The notes below the pieces were generated by a model. It ran no database searches. It saw only the letters and a list, made by a program, of their open reading frames with translations, and was not told where the DNA came from. Below, in pieces: positions 37,757-47,428 of a stretch of 64,000 nucleotides of DNA. Where the stretch lies: positions 32,001 through 96,000 of the forward strand of contig JAXGJB010000001.1 in assembly GCA_040770465.1 (NCBI GenBank). Direction: 5' to 3'. Source of the DNA: Methanothrix sp. (lineage in GTDB: Archaea; Halobacteriota; Methanosarcinia; Methanotrichales; Methanotrichaceae). Made by a program: the position numbers and the translations under genes. Within the stretch, counting starts at the first letter, position 1, and every line of letters starts with the position of its first letter.

Positions 37757-39826
37757 ATGGTCGAAGATCCCGTTGCGAAGTGGGAGGAGTTCATCAGGTC
37801 CAGGTACTGGGACGAGCTGTTGGAGCTCGCCGACTCCTACCCCCTCCGCCGAAGCCTAGTCATCAAGTTCCCCGACGTCGACCGGTACGACCCGGAGTTC
37901 GCCGACGAGCTTTTGGAGCGGCCCGAGCCCCTCCTGGAGGCGGCCGAGACCGCCCTCCTGGAGATCGATCTGCCCATCGACGTCGTCTTAGAGAAGGCTC
38001 ACTTCCGGATAGTGGGGCTTCCCCGAAGGTACAAGACGAGCGAGCTTCGGTCCGATCACATCGGCCGGCTCATCGCCCTGGAGGGGCTGGTGCGGACGGT
38101 GACCGAGGTGCGGCCGAAAGTGATCTCGGCGGCCTTCGAGTGCCAGAGGTGCGGCCACCTCTTCTACAAGGAGCAGACCACCTCCAAGTTCCAGGAGCCC
38201 TACGACTGCCCCAACGAGGCCTGCGACCGGCGAGGCCCCTTCAAGCTGCTCCTGGACAGGTCAAGGTTCGTCGACGCCCAGAACGTCCGGGTCCAGGAGT
38301 CCCCCGAGGAGCTCCGGGGCGGCGAGCAGCCCCAGACCCTCGACGTCCAGCTCGAAGACGACCTGACGGGGATGATCTACCCCGGCGACCGGGTCGTGAT
38401 CAACGGGGCTCTTCGGTCATATCAGAGGACGACTCAGACCGGGAAGTCGACATACTTCGATCTGTTCCTCGAAGGAAACTCCATCGAGATGATGGAGCAA
38501 GAGTTCGAGGAGATCGACATCAAGGCAGAAGACGAGCGGCTGATAAGAGAGCTTGCCGGCGACCCCATGATCTACGACAAGGTCAAAAGGTCCATCGCCC
38601 CCTCCATCTACGGCTACGACGAGGTGAAGGAGGCCCTGGGGTTACAGCTATTCTCCGGCGTCTCCAAGGGCCTCCCCGACGGGACCAGGATCCGAGGCGA
38701 CATCCACATCCTCCTCGTCGGCGACCCCGGCATCGCAAAAAGCCAGCTCCTCAGGTACATCTCCAAGCTCTCGCCCCGGGGGATCTACACCTCGGGGAAG
38801 AGCTCCACCTCGGCGGGTCTGACCGCGACGGCCGTCAAGGACGAGCTCGGCGACGGCCGCTGGACCATCGAGGCGGGAGCGCTGGTCCTGGCGGACAAGG
38901 GGATCGCCTGCATCGACGAGATGGACAAGATGAGAAGCGAAGACCGGTCCGCCCTCCACGAGGCGATGGAGCAGCAGACGATCAGCGTCGCGAAAGCCGG
39001 GGTGATGGCGACCCTCAAGTCGCGATGCGCCCTCCTGGCTGCCGCGAACCCCAAGTTCGGCCGCTTCGACAAGTACGAGGGGATAGCCCAGCAGATCAAC
39101 CTCTCCCCCGCCCTCATGTCCCGGTTCGATCTGATCTTCGTCCTCACCGACGAGCCTAGCGACGCCCGCGACTCCCAGATCGCCCACCACATCGGCCAGA
39201 CCACCTACGCCGGCGAGATCTCGTCGCGGGGCGACAGGTCGAGAGAGGAGCTGGAGGCGGTGATGGATGTGATCCGCCCCGCCATCGAGCCCGAGGTCCT
39301 AAGAAAGTACATCGCCTACGCCCGAAAGAACGTCTTTCCCGTCCTCTCCGACGAGGCGAGAGAGAGGCTCGAAGGCTACTACGTCAGCCTCCGAAAGCAG
39401 GGCCAGGACTCAAACAAGCCCGTCCCGGTGACGGCAAGACAGCTTGAAGCCCTCTTCAGGCTAAGCGAATCGAGCGCGAGGCTCCGTCTCAGCGACGAGA
39501 TCACCGGCGGCGACGCCGAACGGGTGATCAGGATCGTCGAGTCCTGCCTCCGGCAGGTGGGGGTCGACCCCGAGACCGGCCTCCTCGACGCCGACGTCCT
39601 GGCGGTGGGGATCAGCAAGAGCACCCGGGACAAGACGAGGCTCGTCCTCGACCTCATAAAAGAGCTGACAAAAGAGCACCAGGGCCCCGCCCCCCTGGAG
39701 GCGGTCCTCGACGGGGCCGAGGCGAAGCTCGCTATGGAGAGACATAAAGCCGAAGAGATCATAAAGAGGCTCAGGACAAACGGCGAGATCTTCGAGCCGA
39801 GACCCGGCTATCTGAAGCTTCCATGA
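37757..39826 (+). CDS. mcm: Replicative helicase MCM
   Basis: Zn finger, GDPGIAKSQ, IDEMDKM, MEQQ, SRFD, TARQLE; no intein. Confidence 0.97.
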   Translation: MVEDPVAKWEEFIRSRYWDELLELADSYPLRRSLVIKFPDVDRYDPEFADELLERPEPLLEAAETALLEIDLPIDVVLEKAHFRIVGLPRRYKTSELRSDHIGRLIALEGLVRTVTEVRPKVISAAFECQRCGHLFYKEQTTSKFQEPYDCPNEACDRRGPFKLLLDRSRFVDAQNVRVQESPEELRGGEQPQTLDVQLEDDLTGMIYPGDRVVINGALRSYQRTTQTGKSTYFDLFLEGNSIEMMEQEFEEIDIKAEDERLIRELAGDPMIYDKVKRSIAPSIYGYDEVKEALGLQLFSGVSKGLPDGTRIRGDIHILLVGDPGIAKSQLLRYISKLSPRGIYTSGKSSTSAGLTATAVKDELGDGRWTIEAGALVLADKGIACIDEMDKMRSEDRSALHEAMEQQTISVAKAGVMATLKSRCALLAAANPKFGRFDKYEGIAQQINLSPALMSRFDLIFVLTDEPSDARDSQIAHHIGQTTYAGEISSRGDRSREELEAVMDVIRPAIEPEVLRKYIAYARKNVFPVLSDEARERLEGYYVSLRKQGQDSNKPVPVTARQLEALFRLSESSARLRLSDEITGGDAERVIRIVESCLRQVGVDPETGLLDADVLAVGISKSTRDKTRLVLDLIKELTKEHQGPAPLEAVLDGAEAKLAMERHKAEEIIKRLRTNGEIFEPRPGYLKLP

Positions 39827-39862
39827 TGTGATAAGATGCATGACCACGATGACAGATCAGAG

Positions 39863-40156
39863 ATGATGTACCTCAAGGTTCACAGGATCAGCGGCGAGGT
39901 TATGGTGGCGGTCTGCGACTGCGAGCTATTGGGAAAGACCTTCGACGAGGGGGAGCTCTGCCTATCTGTTGAGGCCGCCTTCTTCGGCGAAGAGGTGGCG
40001 ACAGAGGGCGACGTCGAGCGGGCCCTCGCCGGGGCGTCGATCGCCAACATCGTGGGCGAGAGGGCCGTCGCCTGCGCCATCGAGACGAAGAGCATCGACG
40101 GCAAGAACGTCCTCCGGATCGACGGCGTTCCCACCGCCCAGATGGTGCGGATGTGA
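39863..40156 (+). CDS. DUF424 family protein
   Basis: MYLKVH...VAVCD.ELLGK, FFG, ANIVG, IDGVP.AQ. Confidence 0.88.
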   Translation: MMYLKVHRISGEVMVAVCDCELLGKTFDEGELCLSVEAAFFGEEVATEGDVERALAGASIANIVGERAVACAIETKSIDGKNVLRIDGVPTAQMVRM

Positions 40157-41205
40157 CAAAAGAGAGCGTCTGCCCACAATGCGGCGAGCCCTCCACCCTG
40201 GGCCTATGCGACCGCTGCCGCCTCGCCATGGCCACCCTCCTCGAGTGCCCCGACTCCGTCGAGGTGACGATATGCCCCCTCTGCGGCTCCCAGCTCATCC
40301 GGGGGCGGTGGCAGGATGCGAAAGCCTCCGTCGAGGAGCTGATAACAGAGGCCGTCGCCGAGAAGATCGGCATCCACCAGGATCTCGCCGACCCAAAGGT
40401 GGAGATCTCGGTATCGCAACTGAACGCCACCCAGTACCTGGTGGATGTCCACCTCTCGGGAACCTTCGGCGAGCTTGCGGCCTCAGGCGACTGCATCGTC
40501 AGGGCAAAAGCCCAGAAGGCCACTTGCGAGAGGTGCAGCAGGATGGCGGGAAACTACTACGAGGCGACCGTCCAGGTGAGGGGCTCTGCGGGGGCGCCCG
40601 GACCCGATGAGCTGAAAATGAGCAGAAAGATCGCCGAGGAGGTTACCGCAAGCTCTTTTGAGAGGGGGGACCGGCTCTCCTTCATCCAGGAGATCAAAGG
40701 GGTCAAAGGCGGGATGGACCTGGTGGTGGGGTCGACCCAACAGGGAAGATCGATCGCGCGCGCCATCCACGAGCGGTTTGGTGGAAGCACCCAGGAATCC
40801 TACAAGCTTGCAGGGACGAAAGACGGAAAGAGCGTCTATCGGACCAGCATCCTCGTCAGGCTCCCGAGTCTCAAAGCCGGCGACCTGATCAGGACGAGAG
40901 GCGCGTTTCTGGAGGTGCGAGGCTTTGAGGGTAAGAGGACAGTCTCGCGATCTCTGCGAGACGGCGCGACCTTCTATCTCTCGCCAGAAGAGGCGGAAGA
41001 TGCCGTCCTGGTGGGGAACCGATCCTCCGCCGAGAGGGGCGTGGTGGTGGCCGCAGACCGGGACGTCCTGGAGGTCTTGGACCCCCAGAGCTACAGGACC
41101 GTCTCCGCATCCAGGCCCTGCACTCTCGCCGCCGAGGCGGGGGACGAAGTCGAGTTTTTGAGGTTCAGGGGCGACCTCGTCATCCTTCCTCCTCGGGACG
41201 GATGA
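40153..41205 (+). CDS. nmd3: NMD3 family ribosome biogenesis protein
   Basis: Four CxxC pairs, CSR..G.YYEATVQVRG, KGGMD. Confidence 0.9.
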   Translation: MTKESVCPQCGEPSTLGLCDRCRLAMATLLECPDSVEVTICPLCGSQLIRGRWQDAKASVEELITEAVAEKIGIHQDLADPKVEISVSQLNATQYLVDVHLSGTFGELAASGDCIVRAKAQKATCERCSRMAGNYYEATVQVRGSAGAPGPDELKMSRKIAEEVTASSFERGDRLSFIQEIKGVKGGMDLVVGSTQQGRSIARAIHERFGGSTQESYKLAGTKDGKSVYRTSILVRLPSLKAGDLIRTRGAFLEVRGFEGKRTVSRSLRDGATFYLSPEEAEDAVLVGNRSSAERGVVVAADRDVLEVLDPQSYRTVSASRPCTLAAEAGDEVEFLRFRGDLVILPPRDG

Positions 41206-41491
41206 GGTCAGAGCGGGCAATCTTAACCTCCACCACAAAGTTATTAAACTAGCTTCGTCCTATTTCTTGGCAATGGTAATGCTCGCAAAGATGCTTTGCG
41301 AGCCGGACGATCATCGAGCCCATCTTCATGCGCCGGTTGATGTATAAAAATATGCGAATAGATTCTCGGGCGATGGACCATCGCCTGCGAGATCTGTGCA
41401 TCCCGCCACCCCATGTGAAGACGAATGAGAGTCCGATACGCAGAAGTTCCATCATCAAGATGCTCATAATCACGAAGTTGATGCCCACCGA

Positions 41492-41633
41492 TTGAAATAG
41501 CTAGATAGATACACCTTCACCATCATCCTCTAAAATCACTATGCTGAGGTTTTTCGGCTCCGATCGGGAATCGTGGATTGTGCCGCGTTAGCGAAGCCCC
41601 GATGCCGCGAGTGTATTTATCTATCTATTTTAA
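41492..41633 (+). promoter_or_regulatory. 23-bp imperfect inverted repeat enclosing 96 nt directly upstream of the dnaG RBS
   Basis: TTGAAATAGCTAGATAGATACAC (41492-41514) versus GTGTATTTATCTATCTATTTTAA (41611-41633). Confidence 0.55.
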
Positions 41634-41647
41634 AATAAGAGGTGTCT

Positions 41648-42961
41648 ATGATGCAAAATGTTGATACCACTAAATACGTAATTCACGCTGAGATCACGGC
41701 AGACGGGATCGTGGAGAGGCCCGACGTCGTCGGAGCCATATTCGGCCAGACCGAGGGTCTCCTGGGAAGCGACCTCGATCTGCGAGATCTCCAGAAGACC
41801 GGCCGGATCGGCCGGATCGACGTCCAGATCACGTCCAGCGGCGGCAAATCCTCCGGGACGATCTCGATACCCTCAAGCTTCGACAAGGTGGAGACCGCGA
41901 TCCTCGCCTCAGCCCTCGAGACGATCGATCGGGTTGGACCCTGCATAGCCAGGATCAAGATCTCCAACATCGAGGACGTCAGGGCCTCCAAGAGAAGGTA
42001 CGTGGTGGACCGGGCAAAGCAGATCATTATGGAGATGTTCGACGAGAACCTACTGGACACCCAGGGGATCACCGAACAGATTAAACAATCAGTAAGAGTT
42101 GAGGAGATCACCCACATCGGGCCGGACAAGCTTCCCGCAGGCCCCAACGTCCTCGACTCCGACGCCATCCTGGTGGTGGAGGGGAGGGCGGACGTCCTGA
42201 ACCTCCTCCGATACGGGATAAAGAACGCCGTCGCCGTCGGCGGAACGAACGTCCCTTCCACCATCGCGGAGCTCTGCAGCAAGAAGGTGGTGACTGCCTT
42301 CACCGATGGGGACCGGGGCGGGGAGCTGATCGTAAAGGAGCTTCTCCAGGTGGCGGACATCGATTACGTCGCCAGGGCCCCCGAGGGAAAGTGCGTCGAG
42401 GACATGTCCCAGAAGGAGATCGTGAGAGCCCTCCGCCAGAAGATCCCCGTAGAGCAGGTCCTGGACTTCTACAAGATCAAGCCCCTATCAAAGAAGCAGC
42501 GGCGTGACGTCACCACCAGGAGAAAGAGCCTCATCAGGGAGAGGCCTGTGCGGATCAGCAGGGGCGGCGATAGGAGCGCCGAGACGGCTCCCACCATCCA
42601 GATCCACGAGCCTGAGCCTGAGCTGGAGTACGAGGCCGAGCCGGAGCCGATGGCGGAAGAGGAGCCGGAGGTCGCCGAGGAGACGGTCCAGTGGTTCGTC
42701 CCCCACCTCGAAGACCTGAACGGCACCCTCTCCGCCCGTCTCTTCGATCGGAACCAGAACATGATCCGGGAGGTCGCCGTGCGGGACCTCGCAAAAGAGC
42801 TGAAGGAGTCGAACGGGGACGTGGCGGGTGTCATCTTCGACGGCGTCGTCACCCAGCGGATCCTGGACATAGCCGCAGACAAGAACCTGGAGTACCTGAT
42901 CGGGGCGAAGCTCGGCAACATCGTCAAAAGCCCCCTCTGCGTCAAGGTGATGACGGGATAG
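41648..42961 (+). CDS. dnaG: Archaeal DnaG (TOPRIM; exosome-associated)
   Basis: [46 protein letters not shown]. Confidence 0.96.
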   Translation: MMQNVDTTKYVIHAEITADGIVERPDVVGAIFGQTEGLLGSDLDLRDLQKTGRIGRIDVQITSSGGKSSGTISIPSSFDKVETAILASALETIDRVGPCIARIKISNIEDVRASKRRYVVDRAKQIIMEMFDENLLDTQGITEQIKQSVRVEEITHIGPDKLPAGPNVLDSDAILVVEGRADVLNLLRYGIKNAVAVGGTNVPSTIAELCSKKVVTAFTDGDRGGELIVKELLQVADIDYVARAPEGKCVEDMSQKEIVRALRQKIPVEQVLDFYKIKPLSKKQRRDVTTRRKSLIRERPVRISRGGDRSAETAPTIQIHEPEPELEYEAEPEPMAEEEPEVAEETVQWFVPHLEDLNGTLSARLFDRNQNMIREVAVRDLAKELKESNGDVAGVIFDGVVTQRILDIAADKNLEYLIGAKLGNIVKSPLCVKVMTG

Positions 42962-43148
42962 GCCGATGGGCCGGGATCGGACAACGTCTCCTTTTTTCAT
43001 CCATCCCCACCTCCCCCGGCCTGCCGCCCCTCCTCCGGATCGATTCCGGAGGAGAGGTCACGCTTTTGGGTCAAATCCATCGGGCCGGCGAGATCCCGGC
43101 CGCGGATGTGTACCCTTTTATCCTATGCGGCATCTAACCCTCGCCATC

Positions 43149-43493
43149 ATGGAGTTCAAGCAATGCATCGTCGTCCGCGAAGACCTGAAGCTCTCTTCCG
43201 GCAAGTTGGCGGTCCAGGTGGCCCACGCGGCGATCCTCGCCATGGAACGGGCTGACAAGCGCGTCGTCAGGGACTGGAAGGAGGAGGGGCAGAGGAAGAT
43301 CGTCCTCAAGGTCTCCGCCCTAGCGGATATCTTCAGGCTGAGGGAGGAGTCGGAGCGGGCCGGGGTCGCGTCCGCCATAGTGATCGATGCGGGGCTCACC
43401 GAGATCCCTCCCGGAACCGTCACCGCTCTCGGCCTCGGGCCAGCGTCGGCGGCCATGCTGGATAGAATCACTGGAAACCTTAAGCTCGTCTGA
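43149..43493 (+). CDS. pth2: Peptidyl-tRNA hydrolase Pth2
   Basis: KQCIVVREDL, GKLAVQVAHA, DAGLTEI, GLGP; ATG at 43149. Confidence 0.95.
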   Translation: MEFKQCIVVREDLKLSSGKLAVQVAHAAILAMERADKRVVRDWKEEGQRKIVLKVSALADIFRLREESERAGVASAIVIDAGLTEIPPGTVTALGLGPASAAMLDRITGNLKLV

Positions 43494-43512
43494 GGGTCGG
43501 AGGAGATCGAGG

Positions 43513-44793
43513 ATGATGGAGGCCCCAGAGTTCGATCGGTCGATTGGGATGGAGCTTTACGCCACCAATTCTTTGGGATGCGGGGGGCGGCTCCGGGCGA
43601 GGAGCGAGGACTTCGTCGTCGAGGAGATCGCCCTCGACCAGAGCTACGAGGGGGGACGCTTCCTGATCGTCGAGGTCGAGAAGACGGACTGGGACACGCA
43701 CCATCTCGTAAGAGACCTGTCGCGCCAGCTCAAGATCAGCCAGAAGAGGATTTCTTGGGCCGGGACCAAAGACAAGAACGCCGTCACTCGGCAGAGGATG
43801 AGCATCTCCGGCCTCGACGAAGATGAGCTATCTCGGTCGAGCCTCCCCGACGTCAAGATCCGGGCACTGGGAAGGTCCAACAGGGCGGTGGCCCTGGGCG
43901 ACCTCCGCGGAAATAGGTTCTCGATCCGGATCAGAGAGATCGACCTCGAAGAGGACGAGGCGTCCCGCCGCCTGGAGGCGGTCACCGGAGAGATCCGCGC
44001 CCAAGGCGGCCTTCCCAACTACTTCGGGGTCCAGAGGTTCGGCGAGGTGAGGCCGGTGACCCACCTCGTCGGCGAGGCCCTGGTGAGGGGCGACCCGGAG
44101 ATGGCGGCGATGACCTACCTTGCCCTCCCCTTCCCCGGCGAGCCAGAGACGACCCGGTCGGCCAGGGCGAAGCTCCTCGCCGACCGGGACTTCGGCCAGG
44201 CCCTAAAAGAGTATCCTCTCCGCCTCCGCTACGAGAGGGCGATGATCAGCCGCCTTATGGAGGGGAGCGACTGGGCCACCTCCTTCGACGTCCTCGCAAA
44301 AAACCTCAAGCGGCTCTTCGTCCACGCCTACCAGTCCCTCCTATTCAACCGGATCCTCTCCCGGAGGATGAGGGCGGGGCTCCCTCTGGACCGGGCGGTG
44401 GAAGGAGACGTCGTCTGCTTCTCGAAGGACGGCCTTCCCGACCCCGACAAGATCCAGGCCGTCGACGGGACGAACCTCGCCGCGGTCAACAGGCTCGCCG
44501 AGAGGGGGAGGGCCTTTGTGACCCTTCCCCTCTTCGGATACGAGTCGGAGTTTGCAGACGGGGTCCCAGGCGAGATGGAGAGGTCGGTCCTGGAAGAGGA
44601 GGGGGTCGAGCAGTCCGACTTCAGGGTCCCGGCGAACCCGGACCTCGGCTCGCCGGGGTACCGGAGGCCGGCCCTCCTCAGGTTCGACCCCGTCGTGGTG
44701 GTCGAGGGAGGGGGCTCCGCCCTCCTCAAATTCGACCTTCCGGCTGGCTCTTACGCCACCGTCGTCCTCAGAGAGTACATGAAGAGCGCATGA
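43513..44793 (+). CDS. truD: tRNA pseudouridine(13) synthase
   Basis: EDFVVEE, AGTKDKNAVT, GNRF, NYFGVQRFG, GSYAT. Confidence 0.95.
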   Translation: MMEAPEFDRSIGMELYATNSLGCGGRLRARSEDFVVEEIALDQSYEGGRFLIVEVEKTDWDTHHLVRDLSRQLKISQKRISWAGTKDKNAVTRQRMSISGLDEDELSRSSLPDVKIRALGRSNRAVALGDLRGNRFSIRIREIDLEEDEASRRLEAVTGEIRAQGGLPNYFGVQRFGEVRPVTHLVGEALVRGDPEMAAMTYLALPFPGEPETTRSARAKLLADRDFGQALKEYPLRLRYERAMISRLMEGSDWATSFDVLAKNLKRLFVHAYQSLLFNRILSRRMRAGLPLDRAVEGDVVCFSKDGLPDPDKIQAVDGTNLAAVNRLAERGRAFVTLPLFGYESEFADGVPGEMERSVLEEEGVEQSDFRVPANPDLGSPGYRRPALLRFDPVVVVEGGGSALLKFDLPAGSYATVVLREYMKSA

Positions 44794-44957
44794 AGAGCGG
44801 GGCGATGGACGACTACTGGACGACGCCGGGGAATATGAGCCCCACGAGGCGGGAGTATATCGGCCCCCATGATCACGCCCATTATCAGAGATCTTATAGT
44901 CCAGAGCCCTAAACTGTAAAATGATGATATGCTTGCATTCGTTCGAGGTGTTCATCC

Positions 44958-45851
44958 GTGCTCAGTCTTGACGATCCATATGCCGTGGTCTACAGACAGA
45001 TCCACGCCGTATCAAGCCTCGACGGCGGTGCCGTTGAGATCCTGGAGAGGTCCTCCTGCTACGGAGGCGGGGCCTGGTCCCTTTACCATTACTCGAAGGG
45101 CCCATTGGTTGTGAGCTCCCGATCGGTGGGGGAGTGGTTCCGGTACCTGGTGAAGGCTGGGAAGGCGGACCTGGACCTCGCCTCCTCCAGAAGATCGGCG
45201 GGGATCGAGTCTGTTCTGGTCGGAGCCGACGAGGTGGAGATAACCTACGCCGGCCTCGGCGGTGGCGGAGTGGGGGCGACAGTCTCAAGGTCGAGGGCCG
45301 GGGACGTCCTCAGGTCCGATGTATCCGAGTCTGGCGGGGGGAAGGTGGGCCGGGGTACGATCGTCCTTCCCCGGCGGGAGAGGATAGTCATCGGGGTCGA
45401 CGACACCGACTCCAAGACCGAAGGGGCCACGTGGTCGCTCGTCCACAACATCTCCCTCAAAGTCGACCGCCCTGAGGCGAGGTACGTATCCCACGCCCTG
45501 GTCCAGCTCTTCCCCGTCCCCACCAAGACCCAGAACTGCGTATCCACGGTGGTGGAGTTCGCCGCCCTCCCCGGCAAAGCCGAAGGGATGCTGGCGGACT
45601 TCAAAGCCCTCCTGGAGCGGTACAGCGTCTCGGAGAACACGGGGATGGCCGTCTTCAGAGGGTTTGACCCCTCGCCCCTGATGGACTACTCTCACTTGTG
45701 CAGAAGAGAGAGAATACCCTACGAGCTGGCCGTCGAGACGGCGAGAAAGACCGGAACAGAAGTCGTCCTCGCCGGCCAGGGGCTGATAGGGGCGCTGGCG
45801 GCGATCCCCTTCTGCGCGAATCCGCTCGAGTCGGTGAGCCCCGAGGTCTGA
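44958..45851 (+). CDS. Methanogenesis marker protein 11 (DUF1743/TiaS-like domain)
   Basis: YAGLGGGGVGA, IGVDDTD...GATW, VQLFP, GLIGALAA. Confidence 0.8.
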   Translation: MLSLDDPYAVVYRQIHAVSSLDGGAVEILERSSCYGGGAWSLYHYSKGPLVVSSRSVGEWFRYLVKAGKADLDLASSRRSAGIESVLVGADEVEITYAGLGGGGVGATVSRSRAGDVLRSDVSESGGGKVGRGTIVLPRRERIVIGVDDTDSKTEGATWSLVHNISLKVDRPEARYVSHALVQLFPVPTKTQNCVSTVVEFAALPGKAEGMLADFKALLERYSVSENTGMAVFRGFDPSPLMDYSHLCRRERIPYELAVETARKTGTEVVLAGQGLIGALAAIPFCANPLESVSPEV

Positions 45852-45863
45852 AGAGGCGGTTTT

Positions 45864-47417
45864 GTGAAGAGCGGTCCGACTGGCGTGGACGCTTTGCGAG
45901 GGGCTCTCGCCGAACACAGGGTCGATCTCCGGATATACGTTCCCGGCTACCCCATAACCGACGCCATCCCCGCCCTGGGAAATGCAGCCCAGATGGCCGC
46001 AAATGAGAAGGTGGCGATGGAGGTGGCCCTGGGGGCCTCGGCTTCGGGAAGGCGATCCATCGTCCTTGTGAAGCACCTGGGACTAAACCTCCTCTCCGAC
46101 CCCCTCTCCATCGCCCCGACCCATTCCATCGGGGCGGGGCTGGTGGTCCTGGCCGGAGAGGACGTGGGACCTAAAGGGTCCCAGGTCGAGATGGACGAGA
46201 GAAACTACGGCCCCCTCTGCGAGATCCCCGTCCTTGACCCGGCGAGCCCCGACCTTCTGGGCCGGGCCCTCCAAGAGGCCTACTCGCTCTCCGAGATGAT
46301 CAGAGCCCCGGCGATGGTCAGGACCACCTTCGAGTTCAAAGATACGATCAAAGATACGATCAAAGATACGGTCAAAGATACGGTCAACGAGGCGGGAGGA
46401 AGTCCGGCTTTCGGCGAGCCTCCGGGAAGCGCCGACGAGAGGGGCGAGGAAGGCTTCGGCGTCTTCGACCGTTCGATCTGGGACCTGACGGCGAAGGGGC
46501 GCCACATGAAGTACAGGAGCGAGGCTCTGCCGGCGATGGAGTCCGCCTCCACCGCCTCTTCGCTGAACTTCTTGAGGGATGGTGCCGGAGAGATCGGGAT
46601 CATAGCCTCGGGGAGGCCCGCAAGCTTAGCTCTTAACCTGACGGCGGAGGTTCCCATCCTGGTCGCAGGATATTCCCATCCCCTCCCCTGGGAGATGATC
46701 CAGCAGTTCTCTCACAAGCACGACGCGATCCTGGTGGCAGAAGAGCCGACCCCCTTCATCGAGGCGCGCCTCCATCTCTGCGGAAAGGTCTTCGGTAAGA
46801 TGACCGGCCACCTCCCCTGGGGAAAGATGGAGGCAGAGGATCTGAAACGGGCTCTCGATCTGATCGCTTCAGGCGAAGTGCCCGGTCCCGCCCCCTCGCC
46901 CCAGAGGTTTCTGGACCGGCCGGGGTCGAGGAACGTCTGCGACGACTGCCCCTTCCGACCGGTCTACGAGGCGGTCGGTGGCTTCTCGGTCCCGGTGGCG
47001 GGAGACGCCGGATGCAGCATCAGGGCTGTCAGGCCGCCCCTGGAGGCGGTGGACGTCGTCTACGGCCTCGGCTCCTCGGTGGCCGTCGCCTCTGGATTCG
47101 GCAGAAAGGGGGTCTCCCTCGTCGGCGACTACGCCATGGCCCACTCCGGACTTCTTGGGCTGATCGACTCAGTGAATAACAATAGAGAGGTGCTGGTCGT
47201 CCTCCTCAAAAACGGCGTCGCGGCGATGACCGGAGGCCAGAGCGTCCCCGACATCACCCCGGTCCTCGAGGCGATCGTCCCCTCCTTGCGGACCGTCGAC
47301 CTTCCGGAGGGAGAAGAGGAAATTGGTGAAATTTTGAGAGAGGAGCTGGCGAATCCCGGCGTCTCCCTGGTGGTGGCGAGGGGGATATGCCCGAGACGGG
47401 GTCCCGCAGCCAGATGA
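45864..47417 (+). CDS. TPP-dependent indolepyruvate:ferredoxin oxidoreductase alpha-like protein
   Basis: VPGYP, NEKVAMEVALGAS, VKHLGLN, CDDCP, GDAGC, GD...HSG...N..AAMTGGQ. Confidence 0.8.
   Translation: MKSGPTGVDALRGALAEHRVDLRIYVPGYPITDAIPALGNAAQMAANEKVAMEVALGASASGRRSIVLVKHLGLNLLSDPLSIAPTHSIGAGLVVLAGEDVGPKGSQVEMDERNYGPLCEIPVLDPASPDLLGRALQEAYSLSEMIRAPAMVRTTFEFKDTIKDTIKDTVKDTVNEAGGSPAFGEPPGSADERGEEGFGVFDRSIWDLTAKGRHMKYRSEALPAMESASTASSLNFLRDGAGEIGIIASGRPASLALNLTAEVPILVAGYSHPLPWEMIQQFSHKHDAILVAEEPTPFIEARLHLCGKVFGKMTGHLPWGKMEAEDLKRALDLIASGEVPGPAPSPQRFLDRPGSRNVCDDCPFRPVYEAVGGFSVPVAGDAGCSIRAVRPPLEAVDVVYGLGSSVAVASGFGRKGVSLVGDYAMAHSGLLGLIDSVNNNREVLVVLLKNGVAAMTGGQSVPDITPVLEAIVPSLRTVDLPEGEEEIGEILREELANPGVSLVVARGICPRRGPAAR
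46336..46387. repeat. 12-bp in-frame tandem repeat TCAAAGATACG(A/G) x4 (KDTI/KDTV)
   Basis: Directly visible. Confidence 0.9.
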
Positions 47418-47428
47418 CGATCAGACCT

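Noticed and set aside
37780-39159. Long alternative-frame and antisense ORFs (also 8187-9251, 23100-24392, 30468-31775 and others)
   Set aside because: Expected by-products of high GC3 coding sequence; low-complexity translations without motifs.
37757-39826. Intein or viral-type MCM
   Set aside because: 689 aa with contiguous motifs, host-like codon usage and a core neighbourhood.
41249-41488. 79-aa minus-strand ORF
   Set aside because: No recognisable motif, atypical codon usage, and it overlaps the promoter and palindromes.
37640-41640. Replication origin near mcm/dnaG
   Set aside because: No cdc6/orc1 gene and no recognisable ORB boxes with G-strings.
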